A program made the translations under genes and the position numbers. The notes under the pieces were generated by a model that worked only from the letters and a program-made list of their open reading frames with translations, was not told where the DNA came from and did not search any database. Source: the human T2T-CHM13v2.0 reference genome, Homo sapiens. Taken from it: a stretch of DNA of 64,000 nt. The stretch lies in assembly GCF_009914755.1 (NCBI RefSeq), contig NC_060933.1. The stretch is one strand, 5' to 3'. Shown in pieces: positions 1 through 27,360 of this stretch (positions are counted from its first letter, which is position 1; each line of letters begins with the position of its first letter).

Positions 1-319
1 ATGCCACATAAATGTAAGAGGGCTGTTTTCCCCCAAGTTAGTCTTTGTAAATACACATTTTCAAAATCCAAACAAACCAACCGGAAGGAGCATGAAAATT
101 CAGACTGTAAGTGTGCTTCTAGTTTATGCTTTCCTCTCTAAATTCTGCCTAAGAATTTGCTTTATTATCAAAGTTCTCAAAACAATGGCTTATGGGCCTG
201 TAGCCAGAACATATCAGCCTTGTTTTCTGTGCATCCTAAAATAATTACAGTATTATCATTATTAGCTCTAATAAGAAGTAGTGCCTACAGTCAGCTGTTT
301 CAGCGTTGTAGACCACTGT

Positions 320-1043
<724 letters not shown>

Positions 1044-1699
1044 CAAGGTAAATTTTTCACCCTAGCGGGGAGTAAGGTACTTCCTGGCATATGCAGCACA
1101 GATTCCCAGGCCCCTCCCCTGGAGATTTTTATTCAAACTGTGCCCCAAGGCAGGGTTTCCCCACCTTGCAGGGTGGAGCTAATCACCTGGCGCTCGATTT
1201 AAAATACAGATTGCCGGGTGTCACCCCTGCTCAAGGACCAGGGAAGTTCAGGCTAAAATCACACTCTGTAGGTATTGGGTTCTGCCAGTTCTGGCTTTTC
1301 TCACTCTTTCCTGCTGGGAGGGGTGGACCGTGCCGGGCAGAACTGCCAGCCTCCAGGCGGGAAGGAAGGAGGAGAACAGATGGCCCACTGGGGGTAGAGG
1401 ATCACGTGTTGGACCTCATTCTGGGCTGCATCCAGACCTCTCCCTTTCAGGGCCCAGCCCCTCCAGCTCCAGCGACCCCACCTAGGCACACGGAACATAT
1501 GTGGAGGAAACCAGTGTTCATTTTGTTGAAAGCAGGGGAATTAGAGAAGGAGGCGAGCTTGAGGAGGGGAGAGGCTAAAGGGATAAAGCTTCCAACAATG
1601 GCGATGTTCCTGGATTTTGAAATACAATCAGGTAAAGCCCGATCTGGTGGAACGCCCGTGGCCATAATGACAGCTAACACCCAGGGGCTGGAGGGGGAA

Positions 1700-3800
1700 G
1701 GGCGCTCAGGCAAGCGCGAAAACTTGCACGCCGCCCTACTTTGCTCCCGCCCCACTTAGCAGCCTTCCGCAAAACTCCAGCCCTCTCCTCTGCAGCGCAG
1801 AAAGGCCGCCCGTTCATGCATATGCAGGAGGATAAGTTTAGCTCGCAGCCCCCCGCGCTCCGACCGGCCCAGCGCGGCACTCGGTGAATCACCCGCGCTC
1901 GGGGGCGGGCGCTCGGCTCCGGCCGCGGACTGGCGGGCGACTCAGCCACTCGTGGACCGCGCGCCCCGGCCTGGCATCGCCCTTTTAAAAAGTCTTCCGC
2001 AGGCGGCCGCCGCCGCAGCAGCCTGAGGAGGCGAGTTCATCTGAGGACAGTCCCAGTTCTCAGAAATCCCTTCCCTGCTGGAACATCAAGCTCCCTTTAC
2101 TGCAGTTGAACAAACTGCCCTAGATTGGGGGACCAGGAACCCGCCCCAAACTCGTGCAAGGAGCTCCGGGCGCCCACGCCCACGTGAGCTAACCTTGAAA
2201 TTAGCCCCTGCACCCGGGAGCGCGGGGGTGGGAGTGGGCGGGGACCGGGGGGGAGCCCCGCGCGGCCCAGGCCCTTGCTTTGCGCTCTCCGCGTGCACGT
2301 ACCGCCCCCGCCACCCTGTTTCATAACTCTGGCGGTGTTGCATTTTTTTTTCTTTTAATCTCCCGGGTAGATGGGTGTGGGGTTCCTGTGTTGGGGAGAG
2401 GGCAGGGCACCTTGGCCACCTTCCATCCCCCACGCCCGCGAGGAAGAGGAAAACCTGCCCTGCGGTCCTCCTAGGAACACTGCAGAGTAGGGTGTCGAGA
2501 TGACATCAGCTTCTAAACATAGCAAGCACCGCACCCCAACTCCATGGGCTGCGGGGGTGGGGAGGGAGTGGGGGAGGCGGGTGCTGCTGTCCCCGGGCGG
2601 GGCGTGGCGGGCAGGCCGGCCAGGCTGTGCGGGAGGAGATGACTTTGCAGGAATTGCGCTCCCAGAGTTTGCCGGCAGATCTCTCCCGCGATGGCCCGGC
2701 CAAGGGGTTAGGAAACATTCCTGCCATTCCGTGCTCTCCCCTACCCCACAAGAACCACACGCACGCACACACGCACTCTTGGATCGAATGTGCCTTTATT
2801 TATAAATCAATCCAGCCCCAGCCCAGGTTCGGTCCGGTCCCGGGAGCACCTGCGCCCCGCGTCTGCCTTCAGGCTAAGCCTGCGAGGGGTTCGGTGTGGC
2901 CCTCCCAGTGAGTCAGAATGGGCTGTGTTTCCTGTGGTTGTTGTGGAACAGTTTGTCCTTTTTACTCTCCGCCCCCCCCGCCCCGTCTCCACCCCCTTGG
3001 TAAATATAGCGCTCACGTTTCATCATCTCTTTGTCCAACGAGTGCCAGACACCCCGGCCCGCGGCCCCCGCCGCCTCCCTCCTCCTCTCCGCTCGGTTAC
3101 CTCGCATAACCTCGCGCGGGCAGGCACCGGGCAGCAGCTCTCCCCGCGGCCGCGCCCGCCCGGCACCCAGCGCTTCCCGCCGCAGCACACCCCCAACCCA
3201 TTCTCCCCTCCCCTTCTTCCAGTTCCCCCTTCTGTACGGCCCCCATGCTCTTGTCCCACCCCCTCTACTCGGCGTCCGGGTACTGGGTCGAGACGTGTGT
3301 AGGTGTAGGGAGGTGGATAGCCCTTTTCCGAGCCGTAGGCGTCACCCCTACGCCCAGGCCCAGGCCCAGTGCTGGATCCTGCACTTTCCCAACCTCCCCC
3401 TCCCAAGTTCCAAGGTTGCCCTCTGTTCCCCTCCCAAGCGCAGGTGACAAGCTGCTGAGACAGTGTCTGATTCACCGACAGCTGAACCAGCTACTGGTAC
3501 TTGGAGGTGGGCGTTTGCTGAACTGTTTTCCTCCCACCTCCCCCAACCCCCTACCCCGGTGGGGAGCGGGCTGGAGGGTCGGAAGAGGCAAGGTGGATGA
3601 CAGCCGAGAAGTGCGTGCCCGCTCTTCCCTCTCTCCCTCCTCCTCCCAGTTTCATTTCCACACATACAGCCACCCACCGGGGACCGGAGGCGGCTAGTGT
3701 TCTCTGAACGCCGGGAACTGGCTCTCTCTGTGGTCTCCTGTTTACTTCCCTCCTCCTCTTTTCCCCTCCCTTCTCCCCGCCCCCATCTCCCGGCGCCGCT
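1700..3800. promoter_or_regulatory. CpG island / promoter region, probably of a + strand gene with a long first intron
   Basis: Very high GC and CpG density (e.g. GGCGGCCGCCGCCGC near 2002). GC boxes, E-box CACGTG 2181-2186, AP-1 TGAGTCA 2909-2915, TATAAA 2801-2806. No Alus inside. The rest of the window is CpG-depleted. Confidence 0.85.
2224..2253 (+). other. G-quadruplex-forming motif in the CpG island
   Basis: GGGGGTGGGAGTGGGCGGGGACCGGGGGGG has five G-runs of 3 or more with short loops. A similar motif lies at about 2553-2610. Confidence 0.6.
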
Positions 3801-4779
3801 TCCCGCCCAGAGCAGCTGGGAAACCTGCAGCTGAACACTGCAGTCATGGGACTTCCCTGGCCCCGAGCTGTGCCCCAGGTTTGCCCTGTCCTGTCCTGCC
3901 TTGCCCTGTGTCCGCTTTTTTGGGGGCACTTATTTGTCCTGAAAAGGGTCTTAAGGCTCCCTATCCAGGAACGTGGAAGAGGTGACTGCTTCCCTCCCCC
4001 TTCCTCTCCTCCTGACTCCCCTGCCAGCTACCTTCCTGTGGGGGCCCTGCCTGGCTGTCTTTTTTGGCCAGGATTCTGGGCCACCCCCACGAGTGGCCAC
4101 CTGTCCAGGGAGAAGTGGTGAGACAGCTAACGGTGTGTAAGAACTCTGCATCCAGGATGCTGCAGAGCTGGCTTCTTTGCCATCACAGACTGTCCTGTTC
4201 GTAACAGGGTGCCCAAAATTCTCTGCCGACCAAGGTTTTCAGGCAGAACCCCAAAACCTGCTCCTAGGGACACACCCTCTCCTTATGGAGTCTGGCAAAA
4301 CCTTTCCTTTCAAAGCTTGCTTCACAGCGGGGAAGAATGCAGGCTCTCTCCCTAAGTAAGCTGAATGAACAAAGGACTCCAAGGAGGCCGTGGGGGTTCC
4401 AGCTCTGGGTGCCGCCTGCCTGAAGTTCACCCCATTTAAAAACCACCTCTTCACCACCACCCTCTGCTCCACTGCCATGGTTACCAGCTCCCTGTCCTTC
4501 CCAGCACAATGTTGCACAGAGGCAGAAACAAACAAGGACATTTAAAATGTTCTTTTAAATACCCAAAACACTGCCTTGGTATTTTGGTAGCAGAGAAGAG
4601 GGAATAAAAGTCCTGACTGTTTGCTGGTTTCCTTCTGACCCCACGACCCTGAAAAAATCCTTACCCTGGATGGCCTCTCAGCTGCCAAAAGAGGGAAGGA
4701 AGCTTGGTGAGATACTAGAGAGTGGAATTCAGAACAAACCCTTGGCAGGAGAATTATTCACCAAGATAGACTCTTCTTT

Positions 4780-8290
<3,511 letters not shown>

Positions 8291-8679
8291 GGTTGGGAGG
8301 TACTCCTGGATCTGGAGGTGGATCTCCTTCTCCTGAGTCACATGGGGAAGGTATGGTGGATGGGATATTCTTGGAAAGGAAGAACTCATCCTTCTTCCCA
8401 CTAAGCCTCTGCAACCAACCCACCGGTCCTCTGCAGCATGCTCCATCCACTTCATTCACCTTTTCTCTCCATGGTCACGAGAGATGAACTTGCTTTATGC
8501 TTAAGTCTAGTCTTCAGTATTACTGGGGACTTCTGGTCCATTTCTCCTTTCAGTTGGCCAGCAGTTTAGAGAATGAGGAGATTTATTCTTTTCAGTTTAA
8601 ATCTGGAAAATACTATATAAATGTAAGCCCTGGTGTGTTCTCATGAGGAGGCACTTACTGAGGAAGTGCATAAGCCCAA

Positions 8680-8880
8680 GGGTCAAGCTGCCTGGACTCT
8701 AGCATTTCAGTTCTGTCGTATGTCAGTTCTATGAAACTGGGCAAATTACTTAACTGCTTTTAAGGTTTCTTCATCTGAAAGAGGGTAAAAATAGGGCAGA
8801 AATACAGTGTTGTTGTGAGTATAAAATGAGATAAATCATATAAAACTTACGGTAGAGCACCTGGTATTTAATAAACACTG
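8680..8880 (+). mobile_element. MIR
   Basis: GGGCAAATTACTTAAC...TTTCTTCATCTGAAAGAGGG...ATAAAATGAGATAA matches the MIR core. Confidence 0.7.
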
Positions 8881-9578
<698 letters not shown>

Positions 9579-9637
9579 AGATGCTTAATATATTTTTTTC
9601 TATTTTTATTTTAACTGTTAGATGAGATCATTTAATT

Positions 9638-9793
9638 CAGTACTTCTCATACTTTACTGTGCATAAGAATCACCTGGGGATCTTGTTAAAATGCAGATTT
9701 TGATTCAGTATGTTTGGGGTGGGCCAGAGTTCTACATTTTAACAAGCTCCCATGTGATGCTAATACTAACGGTCATCAGACCACTTTTTAGCA
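9638..9793. mobile_element. MER5A/B hAT DNA transposon relic
   Basis: AGAATCACCTGGGGATCTTGTTAAAATGCAGATT...TTTTAACAAGCTCCC palindromic core. Confidence 0.8.
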
Positions 9794-9874
9794 AAGATGT
9801 ATTTAACTGATGCACATTTATCAAGCACCTTCTATATATCTTTGTTACTGTGCTAGATACTAGTGATAAATGTT

Positions 9875-10746
<872 letters not shown>

Positions 10747-10834
10747 GAGTGTGAACCAAGTGAGGTCTTTATCAGGATATGTTAGGTAAAGCTATGGTAA
10801 ATATGTGGGTGAAGATAAAAGACTTTTTAAACAA

Positions 10835-11440
<606 letters not shown>

Positions 11441-12019
11441 CAACAGCAATTTCTTTAAAATACATACTAACTAGTTAAAACCTAAATTATAACATTGTTT
11501 TGTGGGGTTTATAACAAATAAATGCACTATATGTGACCATCATAGTATAAAGGATAGGAGAGGGGTAAATGGACTTTTACTGTGATAACAAATTTTCTAA
11601 ATGGTATGTGAATGGTATAATATTAACTTTAAGTGGACATATTGGATGTACAGCAAATTAATGACTACCATGGTATATCTTCCCAAATAGTTCACAGTGT
11701 GGTAGAAGACATCTGTCCAAATAATTACAACACAATGTGGTATGTGCAACATGAAAAGTTACGCAAAGAGCTCTAGGATTCCAAGGAATCAGTGATTAGC
11801 GCCGTTTGTGGGTAGGTAGGTAAAGGCTTCCCAGTAGAAGTTGTATTTGAGCTAAGTTGTGAAGGATGATTAGAAGAGGAGAAGAGAGGCATCCCACATT
11901 TGGCAAACAGCATGAGCAAAGAAGCGAGAGCAAAATGGTACGGAATGTGTCAGAGCACCAATCATCATCCAATTCTACCTCTGGGAGTGGTAGGAACTAT
12001 AAACCTGTCAAGAAGGGCC

Positions 12020-12985
<966 letters not shown>

Positions 12986-13348
12986 GAGGGATAAGGGCAA
13001 AGTTTATATAAGAGCATCTAGGAAAGCCTTTCCTCCATGCTGAGAATCAGTTACATGCAGGGAAATTCTGTTAATTGAGCCACTTTTCAGGTCTCCTGTC
13101 TTGGAATACAGTTGCATGAGGATATGATATTTAGCTTTGTTATGAGCATGATTAGAAAGTCAAGAGGATTTCTGAGATATCAACCCAGAGCGCTGTCATC
13201 TGTTAAGTATTGCCAGCAATGACCTACTTCTGGGCATGTCATATGAGAAGAAATGTACTGTTTGTGTTTAAACCATTGCTGGTTGAATGTTCTATTATTT
13301 GCAGCCAAAAGTATTCCTTAAAGATATATAGATTGATCAATTGATTGA

Positions 13349-14296
<948 letters not shown>

Positions 14297-14896
14297 TAAA
14301 AGGATGTGAGCCTAGCTGAAAATTTGGAGAAGTTTGGAGATGGAGAAGAGAAAAGCCATGGGAATTCATGCCTAGTGGCATCTGTTTTCTCTGTGAAGTC
14401 GGACTGGAGCATGGTAGCATGTGCAAGTGAGGTGATGGGGAATATGGCGGAGGACATGAGTAGAGTGGCAGGGGTTTGTCTGGAATGCCTGTCACTGGGA
14501 TGAACCACCTTATTTATATCTCCTTACTCTGTGCCTGGCACATGACACGTTCTGTTTGTCTGAAGAATGAGTTGACTCCATATGAGTAATAGCATTGTTA
14601 AACACTAGAACATATTCCTTCTATCTAACCATATTTTTGTGCCCATTAACTACTCTTCATCCTCCTCCCCCACCCTTACCCTTCCTAGCCTCTGGTAACC
14701 ATCATTCTTCTCTCTACCTCCATGAGATCAACTTTTTTAGCTCCCACATAGGAGTGAGAACATGATATTTGTCTTTCTGTGCCTGGCTTTTTTCACTTAA
14801 CATAATGACCTCCAGTTTCATCTATGTTGCTGCAAATGACAGAATTTCATTCTTTTTAAAGGTTGAATAGTACTGCATTGTGTATATGTACCAGAG

Positions 14897-15207
14897 TTTC
14901 TTTCTTTCTTTTTTCGAGACAGAGTCTCGCTCTGTTGCCCAGGCTGGAGTGCAGCAGCATAATCTCGGCTCACTACAACCTCCACCTCCTGGGTTTAAGT
15001 GATCCTCCTGCCTCAGCCTCCTGAGTAGCTAGGATTACAGGTGTGCACCACCACACCCGGCTAATTTTTGTAGAATTTTTGTATTTTTAATGGAGACAGG
15101 GTTTGCTGTGTTGGCCAGGCTGGTTTTGAACTTCTGACCTCAAGTGATCTGCCCACCGTGGCTTCCCAAAGTGCTGAGATTACAGGTGTGAGCCACTGTG
15201 CCCGGCC
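14897..15207 (-). mobile_element. AluS without a TSD, standing in place of missing L1 sequence
   Basis: Full Alu whose flanks are non-adjacent parts of the L1 consensus. Confidence 0.9.
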
Positions 15208-15263
15208 TGTTGGGTTTGTATGTCTTCTTCAGATCATTTGCCTGTTTAAAAATTAGATGAATT

Positions 15264-16153
15264 ATCTACAATGAACTCAAACAAATTTACAAGAAAAAAA
15301 CAAACAACCCCATCAAAAAGTGGGCAAAGGACATGAACAGACACTTCTCAAAAGAAGACATTTATGCAGCCAAAAAACACATGAAGAAATGCTCATCATC
15401 ACTGGCCATCAGAGAAATGCAAATCAAAACCACTATGAGATATCATCTCACACCAGTTAGAATGGCAATCATTAAAAAGTCAGGAAACAACAGGTGCTGG
15501 AGAGGATGTGGAGAAATAGGAACACTTTTACACTGTTGGTGGGACTGTAAACTAGTTCAACCATTGTGGAAGTCAGTGTGGCGATTCCTCAGGGATCTAG
15601 AACTAGAAATACCATTTGACCCAGCCATCCCATTACTGGGTATATACCCAAAGGACTATAAATCATGCTGCTATAAAGACACATGCACACGTATGTTTAT
15701 TGCGGCACTATTCACGATAGCAAAGACTTGGAACCAACCCAAATGTCCAACAATGATAGACTGGATTAAGAAAATGTGGCACATATACACCATGGAATAC
15801 TATGCAGCCATAAAAAATGATGAGTTCATGTCCTTTGTAGGGACATGGATGAAATTGGAAACCATCATTCTCAGTAAACTATCGCAAGAACAAAAAACCA
15901 AACACCGCATATTCTCACTCATAGGTGGGAATTGAACAATGAGATCACATGGACACAGGAAGGGGAATATCACACTCTGGGGACTGTGGTGGGGTGGGGG
16001 GAGGGGGGAGGGATAGCATTGGGAGATATACCTAATGCTAGATGACACATTAGTGGGTGCAGTGCACCAGCATGGCACATGTATACATATGTAACTAACT
16101 TGCACAATGTGCACATGTACCCTAAAACTTAGAGTATAATAAAAAAAAAAAAA
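15264..16153 (+). mobile_element. L1HS Ta-0, 5'-truncated (about 0.9 kb), with a 16-bp TSD
   Basis: TSD AAAAATTAGATGAATT at 15248-15263 and 16149-16164. Ta diagnostic ACA at 16047-16049 and G at 16132 (CTTAGAGTATAAT). Ta-0 bases G15653 and C15656. Poly-A tail and TTT/AAAAA endonuclease site. Confidence 0.95.
15333..15935 (+). pseudogene. L1 ORF2p C-terminal fragment (Cys-rich domain), uninterrupted frame but 5'-truncated
   Basis: The translation [11 protein letters not shown]...[27 protein letters not shown]...[11 protein letters not shown] is the known L1 ORF2p C-terminus. Confidence 0.95.
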
Positions 16154-16857
16154 TTAGATGAATTTTTTTTTTTTTTTTTTTGCTATGGAGTTCTTTGAAT
16201 TTCTTACATAGTCTGCTTATTAATCCCTTGTCAGATGCATGGTTTGCAAATATTTTCTCCTATTCCGAAGGTTGTCTCTTCACTCTGCTGATTGTTTCCT
16301 TTGCTGTGCAGAAGCATTTTTAGCTTGATGCAATCCTATTTATCTATTTTTGCTTTTCTTGCCTTTGTCCTTGACGTCCTACCCAAAAAATCTTTGCCCA
16401 GACCAGTATCCTGAAGTGTTTTCCCACTGTTTTTCTCTAATAGTTTCATAGTTTCAGGTCTTACATTTAAGCCTTTAATCCATTTTGATTTGATTTTTGT
16501 ATATGGTGAGAGATGGGGGGTTTAGTTTCATTTTTCTGCCTATGGTTATCCAGTTTTCCCAGTGTAGATCTTCCTATCAGTATGGAGAAAACAGTATGGA
16601 GGTACCTCAGAAAATTAGTGATAGATCTACCATGTGATCCAGCAATCTCATTGCTGGGTATATACCTAAAAGAAAGGAACTCAGCATTATCAAAGAGAGA
16701 TCCATGTGCCCATGTTTATTGCAGCACTGTTCACAATAGCCAAGATATGGAATCAACCTAAGTGTCCATCACCATTAATTGAAGATATTGTCCTTTCCCA
16801 ACTGAATGTTCTCAATTGAAAATCAATTGGCTGTAAATATGTGGATTTATCTCTGGG

Positions 16858-17290
<433 letters not shown>

Positions 17291-17469
17291 TATGCTGTTT
17301 TGACTACTATAGCCTTGCAGTATGTTTTGAAGTCAGGTAGTGTGATGCCTCCAGCTTTGTTCTTTTTGCTCAGGACTGGTTTGGCTATGTGGGGCCTTCT
17401 GCAGTTCCATATGAATTTCAGAATTTTTTTCTCTGTTTCTGTGAAGAATTTCACTGGTATTTTGATAGC

Positions 17470-22089
<4,620 letters not shown>

Positions 22090-23543
22090 TGAATTGAAGG
22101 GCACCAAGGAGCAGAGATAAGAGTCCAAAACAGAGATGGAAGTAGCTCGGAATAGGAGAATGGCAAAAAGATGGACGAAGCATGGGAATCCGATTTGGTG
22201 GATAAGGGCAAGGGAAGGGATGAGGATGACTCCTGGGTTTCTGGCTTGGACAATGGTGGAAATCACAAATCTATAGGTGAGGAGGAAGAATTGGGTTTGG
22301 AGGAGTTGAGTTTGAGATCTCTGTGGGACCATCACGTAGAGTTGCCTAGTAGAGAGTTGGATAATTATTAGCCACTAACTGTTCACCTAAAGTTACTTTA
22401 TTGCAGGTTAGCAGCCTAGCTAACTTACAGAGTCCTAAAGGAATAAGATATAAGTATTTTTACTGAAAGAGAGGGGACTAAGCAAAAGCCTTGAACCATC
22501 TCCCGCTACCCCGAATTCATATGCCCACTTGAAGTCCATCCTCCTGGTTGCAGGAGATGTTTCTCCCTGTTTTGTTAGTATAGCATTTGTGTCATTGCTT
22601 CTTAAGTTTCCTTTTTCCTATCATTTTCTCCTATTAGATTTTGCGTTCCAGGTAGGATATGTGTTCAATTCATCTTTGCATTTCCAGAGCCTCATAGGCT
22701 GCCCTGAACATAGTGTATTCATCTCCCACCAAATGACTTTAATTTGTGCATTATAATTCTGCTACCAAGTCAAAAGCTGTTACATAAAAATAAAAACAGC
22801 TCTATTCATTTTAATGGGAAAAACTGTGCTCTATCCCACTCCAAGATACCAGTTTTCACAGACAGAAAAATAAATCAATAGAAGAATGAAAAAATTTAAT
22901 AAACAACAGTTGGAAAGTTAAATATAGGCTGGTTGCAGTGGCGTGTGCCTGTATTCTCAGCTGCCTGGGAGACTGAGGTGGGAGGATCCCTTAAGCCGAG
23001 GGTTTGCTCAAGACCATCCTGGGCAGCATAGTGAGACTCTGTCTCAAAAAAGAAAGTTAAATATAGTTTATACATAAAAGGTAACATATTAAACGTTTAT
23101 TGTACTTACTCTTTTTTTCTTCTTTTTCAATTTCTCAACCTTTGGGTTACTTTTGCACCATACTGAACTAAAAATAAAATTATAGCACAGAAAAATATCT
23201 CTAGGGCAACATAAAGCTAGAGGTGTGAGTGCTTTGAAATATATGGAAACAATGCCTGTTCCCAGCAGATCAAAGAGCCATAGATGACGCTGCCTCGCAG
23301 TCCTTTCATTGGGCATATGTACACACAAGAAGACATCTTGAGTTTAACATCTTGAGTTTAACCTAACATGACTCACAACTTAAATTTATTCCAAATAGTA
23401 TTTTCTAAAATAAACAATTGTGTCAAAGAAAAAAAAAAAGGTGAGTGGGTTTTTGCTTGAAATCCCAATGAAGAAATATTACTTCTGTTCATTGTTTATA
23501 TAATGAGTTTTTGAGTAAAAAGACTGTTAACTAAAATAAAAAA

Positions 23544-23612
23544 GGGAAGGGAAGGAAGGAAAGGGAAGGGGAGGAAGGAAAGGGAAGGGGAAGAAGGAAG
23601 AAAAGGAAAGAA
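23544..23612 (+). repeat. GGAA/GGGAA purine-rich simple repeat
   Basis: GGGAAGGGAAGGAAGGAAAGGGAAGGGGAGGAAGG... Confidence 0.85.
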
Positions 23613-23864
23613 AATCACAAAATGGCATATCTTTTGGAGAGCTTTTATGGTGAAAAATTGCTAACATGTAAGAGAAAATATAAAGATGAGTAAATCCATG
23701 AAACAGTAACAGGCTAGGAATAACAAAACAAAAAAAGATGAGTGAATGATTTGGTAAATGAATGAATGCTCAGTAGGGCTCCCTGTCAATAGGAAATTTT
23801 GTTCTGTTAGAGAAGGCTTAGAGCTCTGGGAAGCATGTAATGTTGGCGATGATGAATACCAAAA

Positions 23865-24178
<314 letters not shown>

Positions 24179-26175
24179 TAACTCATTCATTTATGATGAT
24201 TCCTCTCTAACTTTTGCACCAAAATATCCCAACAGTCCAGAGGAGTGAACTTGTGAGATTCTAAGGGCTGAACTCAAAGGAAAACAGCAATTTTTTTTCT
24301 CATTTCTTTGAAGAGTGGTGCTTTATTATAAAAATTCATATGGCTTTAGTATTCTATCTGCATTTGTTTTAATATAAAAATAATTTTCTTCTTATCAAAA
24401 TTTAATTGTAAAATTGTCACCCCAGGAAGACTTGGTGGATAGTATTTATCTGGTAGCTTTTCATGTAGCTCCCACCCCATTGCTGCTACATTACCACATA
24501 TTCCTAATTTGGGATGCATATCCTTGTGAGTTGAAAGGTAAATCAATATTTGAATGTTTTTTTAACATTTTAAACATGTATTTACTTACCAGTAGTTCTG
24601 TTCCTCTTTCTTTGACTGGAAACCTCAGGGAAGGGTGATTCTACCAGACAAAGGGATCATTAAGCAGTGGGTCACTGAGGTCAACCCTGTGATGGTAACT
24701 GGCCACCACCACTTCAATGGTCAGGCACATAATTAGTGGCAAAGCTGAACAAATGTCCCCCACTTAAGGAGGACATGTGGGCCAACAATGAATGTTTGCA
24801 GCCCTACAAAATAGAGGTTTTGAGTCAACTTCTGGCATATCTCTGCCGCATCTTTGAATATTAAAATTTTCCATGTAGACAAAGACTTCTGCATCTTGAG
24901 GCCTGGTACAAGAATTAGCAGGAGACTTCTGTCAAGACTGTATTATAAATTTATGCTCCAATCACTATCTTTGCTTCAATGATTCCAATAATAGACAAAC
25001 TATAAAATGAGAAAACATAACAGACACAGCCATGCTAAAAAATAAGATAAGGCTGGGAGCAGTGGCTCATGCCTGTAGTCCCAGCACTTTGGGAGGCTAA
25101 GGCGGGAGGACTGCTTGAGCCTAGGAGTCTGAGACCAGCTGAGCAATATAGAAAGACCCTGTTTTTATTTAAAAAAAAAAAAAAAGATAAAAATTTGTCA
25201 ATCAGAAATGCAGCAGAAAAATAGTAAGAAGCAATAGCTCAGCTTGGCCTTGGGCACAAAATCAAGCAGAAGCAGTTAATAAATCAACTCTTCCTTGAAA
25301 TGTGGCCCTGAGTGTCCTGCCAGGCAGGTGATCAAAACCAGGTTCAAACCAGGCATGGTGGTACATGCCTGTAGTCCCGGCTGCTTGGCAGACTGAGGTA
25401 GGAGGATTGCTTCAGGCCAGGAATTTGAGCCTGCAGTGGGCTATGATTATGCTAGTGAATAGTCACTGCACTCTAGCCTGGGCAACATAGCAAGACCCTG
25501 TCTCTAAAAACAAACTAAAACAAAACCAAAAATATGTTCACTGCTTAAAACCAGGGCCTGGAGAGAGGCACTCTCTATCCCTCCACCTCTTTGAAAGGAG
25601 GGTCTAAAAGAAATGAAACTGACCACTCCCTAGGTTATATAAGGCAGAGTAGTGCTGTAGGGGGAAGCAGAAAGACCCTTTTGGCCAGGACCTAAACCAA
25701 GCCCCTTACAGCAGCATCACCAATATTATCCTAGGACATCTTTCCTGAGCTGTCAATTATAAAACCCAATTGTAGTTTGGGGATCCTGTGGGTCTGGGTT
25801 GAGGTAATTGCAAGACTGTTAGACCAGGAATGGTGAGGAGAGAGAACAGCAAAAACCTTCCATACAAAATAAACTTGCAAACCAAAAACTTCAGCACAAG
25901 AAGCAAACAAAAACTAAAGAAAGAAGAAACACAGTCAATAGTGGAGAAATTAATTCATTGCAAGTGACATAAAAATAGTAAAGCAATCTAAAAATGATCT
26001 TAGGCTGGGTGTGGTGGCTCACACCTGTAATCCCAGCACTTCGGGAGGCCAAGGTGGGTGGATCACTTGAGGTCAGGAGTCAAGACCAGCCTGGCCAATA
26101 TGGTGAAACCCCATCTCTATTAATAATACAAAAAAATTAGCTGGGTGAGGTAGCACATGCCTGTAATCTCAGCTA

Positions 26176-26331
<156 letters not shown>

Positions 26332-26467
26332 TCACGCCTGTAATCCCAACTCTTTGGGAGGCCGAGGCAGGTGGATCACTTGAGGTCAGGAGTTCGAGAT
26401 CAGCCTGGCCAACATGGTGAAACCCTGTCTCTACTAAAAAAAAAATGCAAAAATTAGCCAAGCATCA

Positions 26468-26779
<312 letters not shown>

Positions 26780-26972
26780 TTAAGGAACCATAGAGGATCT
26801 CAGGAAGGCAAAAGCTGACTTTTTGAAAAGTTTAATAAAACTATCAAATTTCTGGCAAGATTAATCAAGGGATCAAAGAGAAAAGCATAAATAATAGTGA
26901 AATTATACCACAGATAGAGATTTTTAAAATTCACAAGTGATGAATATGAACTAGTTTATGATGTTAAATTTA

Positions 26973-27360
<388 letters not shown>

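Noticed and set aside
1091-3929. Long ORFs over the CpG island (222 aa at 1091-1759, 170 aa at 2790-3302, 193 aa at 3348-3929 and others)
   Set aside because: Overlapping Pro/Arg/Gly-rich frames on both strands are expected from stop-codon scarcity in GC-rich DNA. No recognisable domain.
16513-16761. ORF with L1 ORF2-like motifs (VWRYLRKL...DPAISLLGIY)
   Set aside because: Degenerate fragment from the inverted L1 piece. Covered as a rearrangement, not a CDS.
23333-23362. Tandem duplication ACATCTTGAGTTTA x2
   Set aside because: Ordinary 14-bp slippage duplication.
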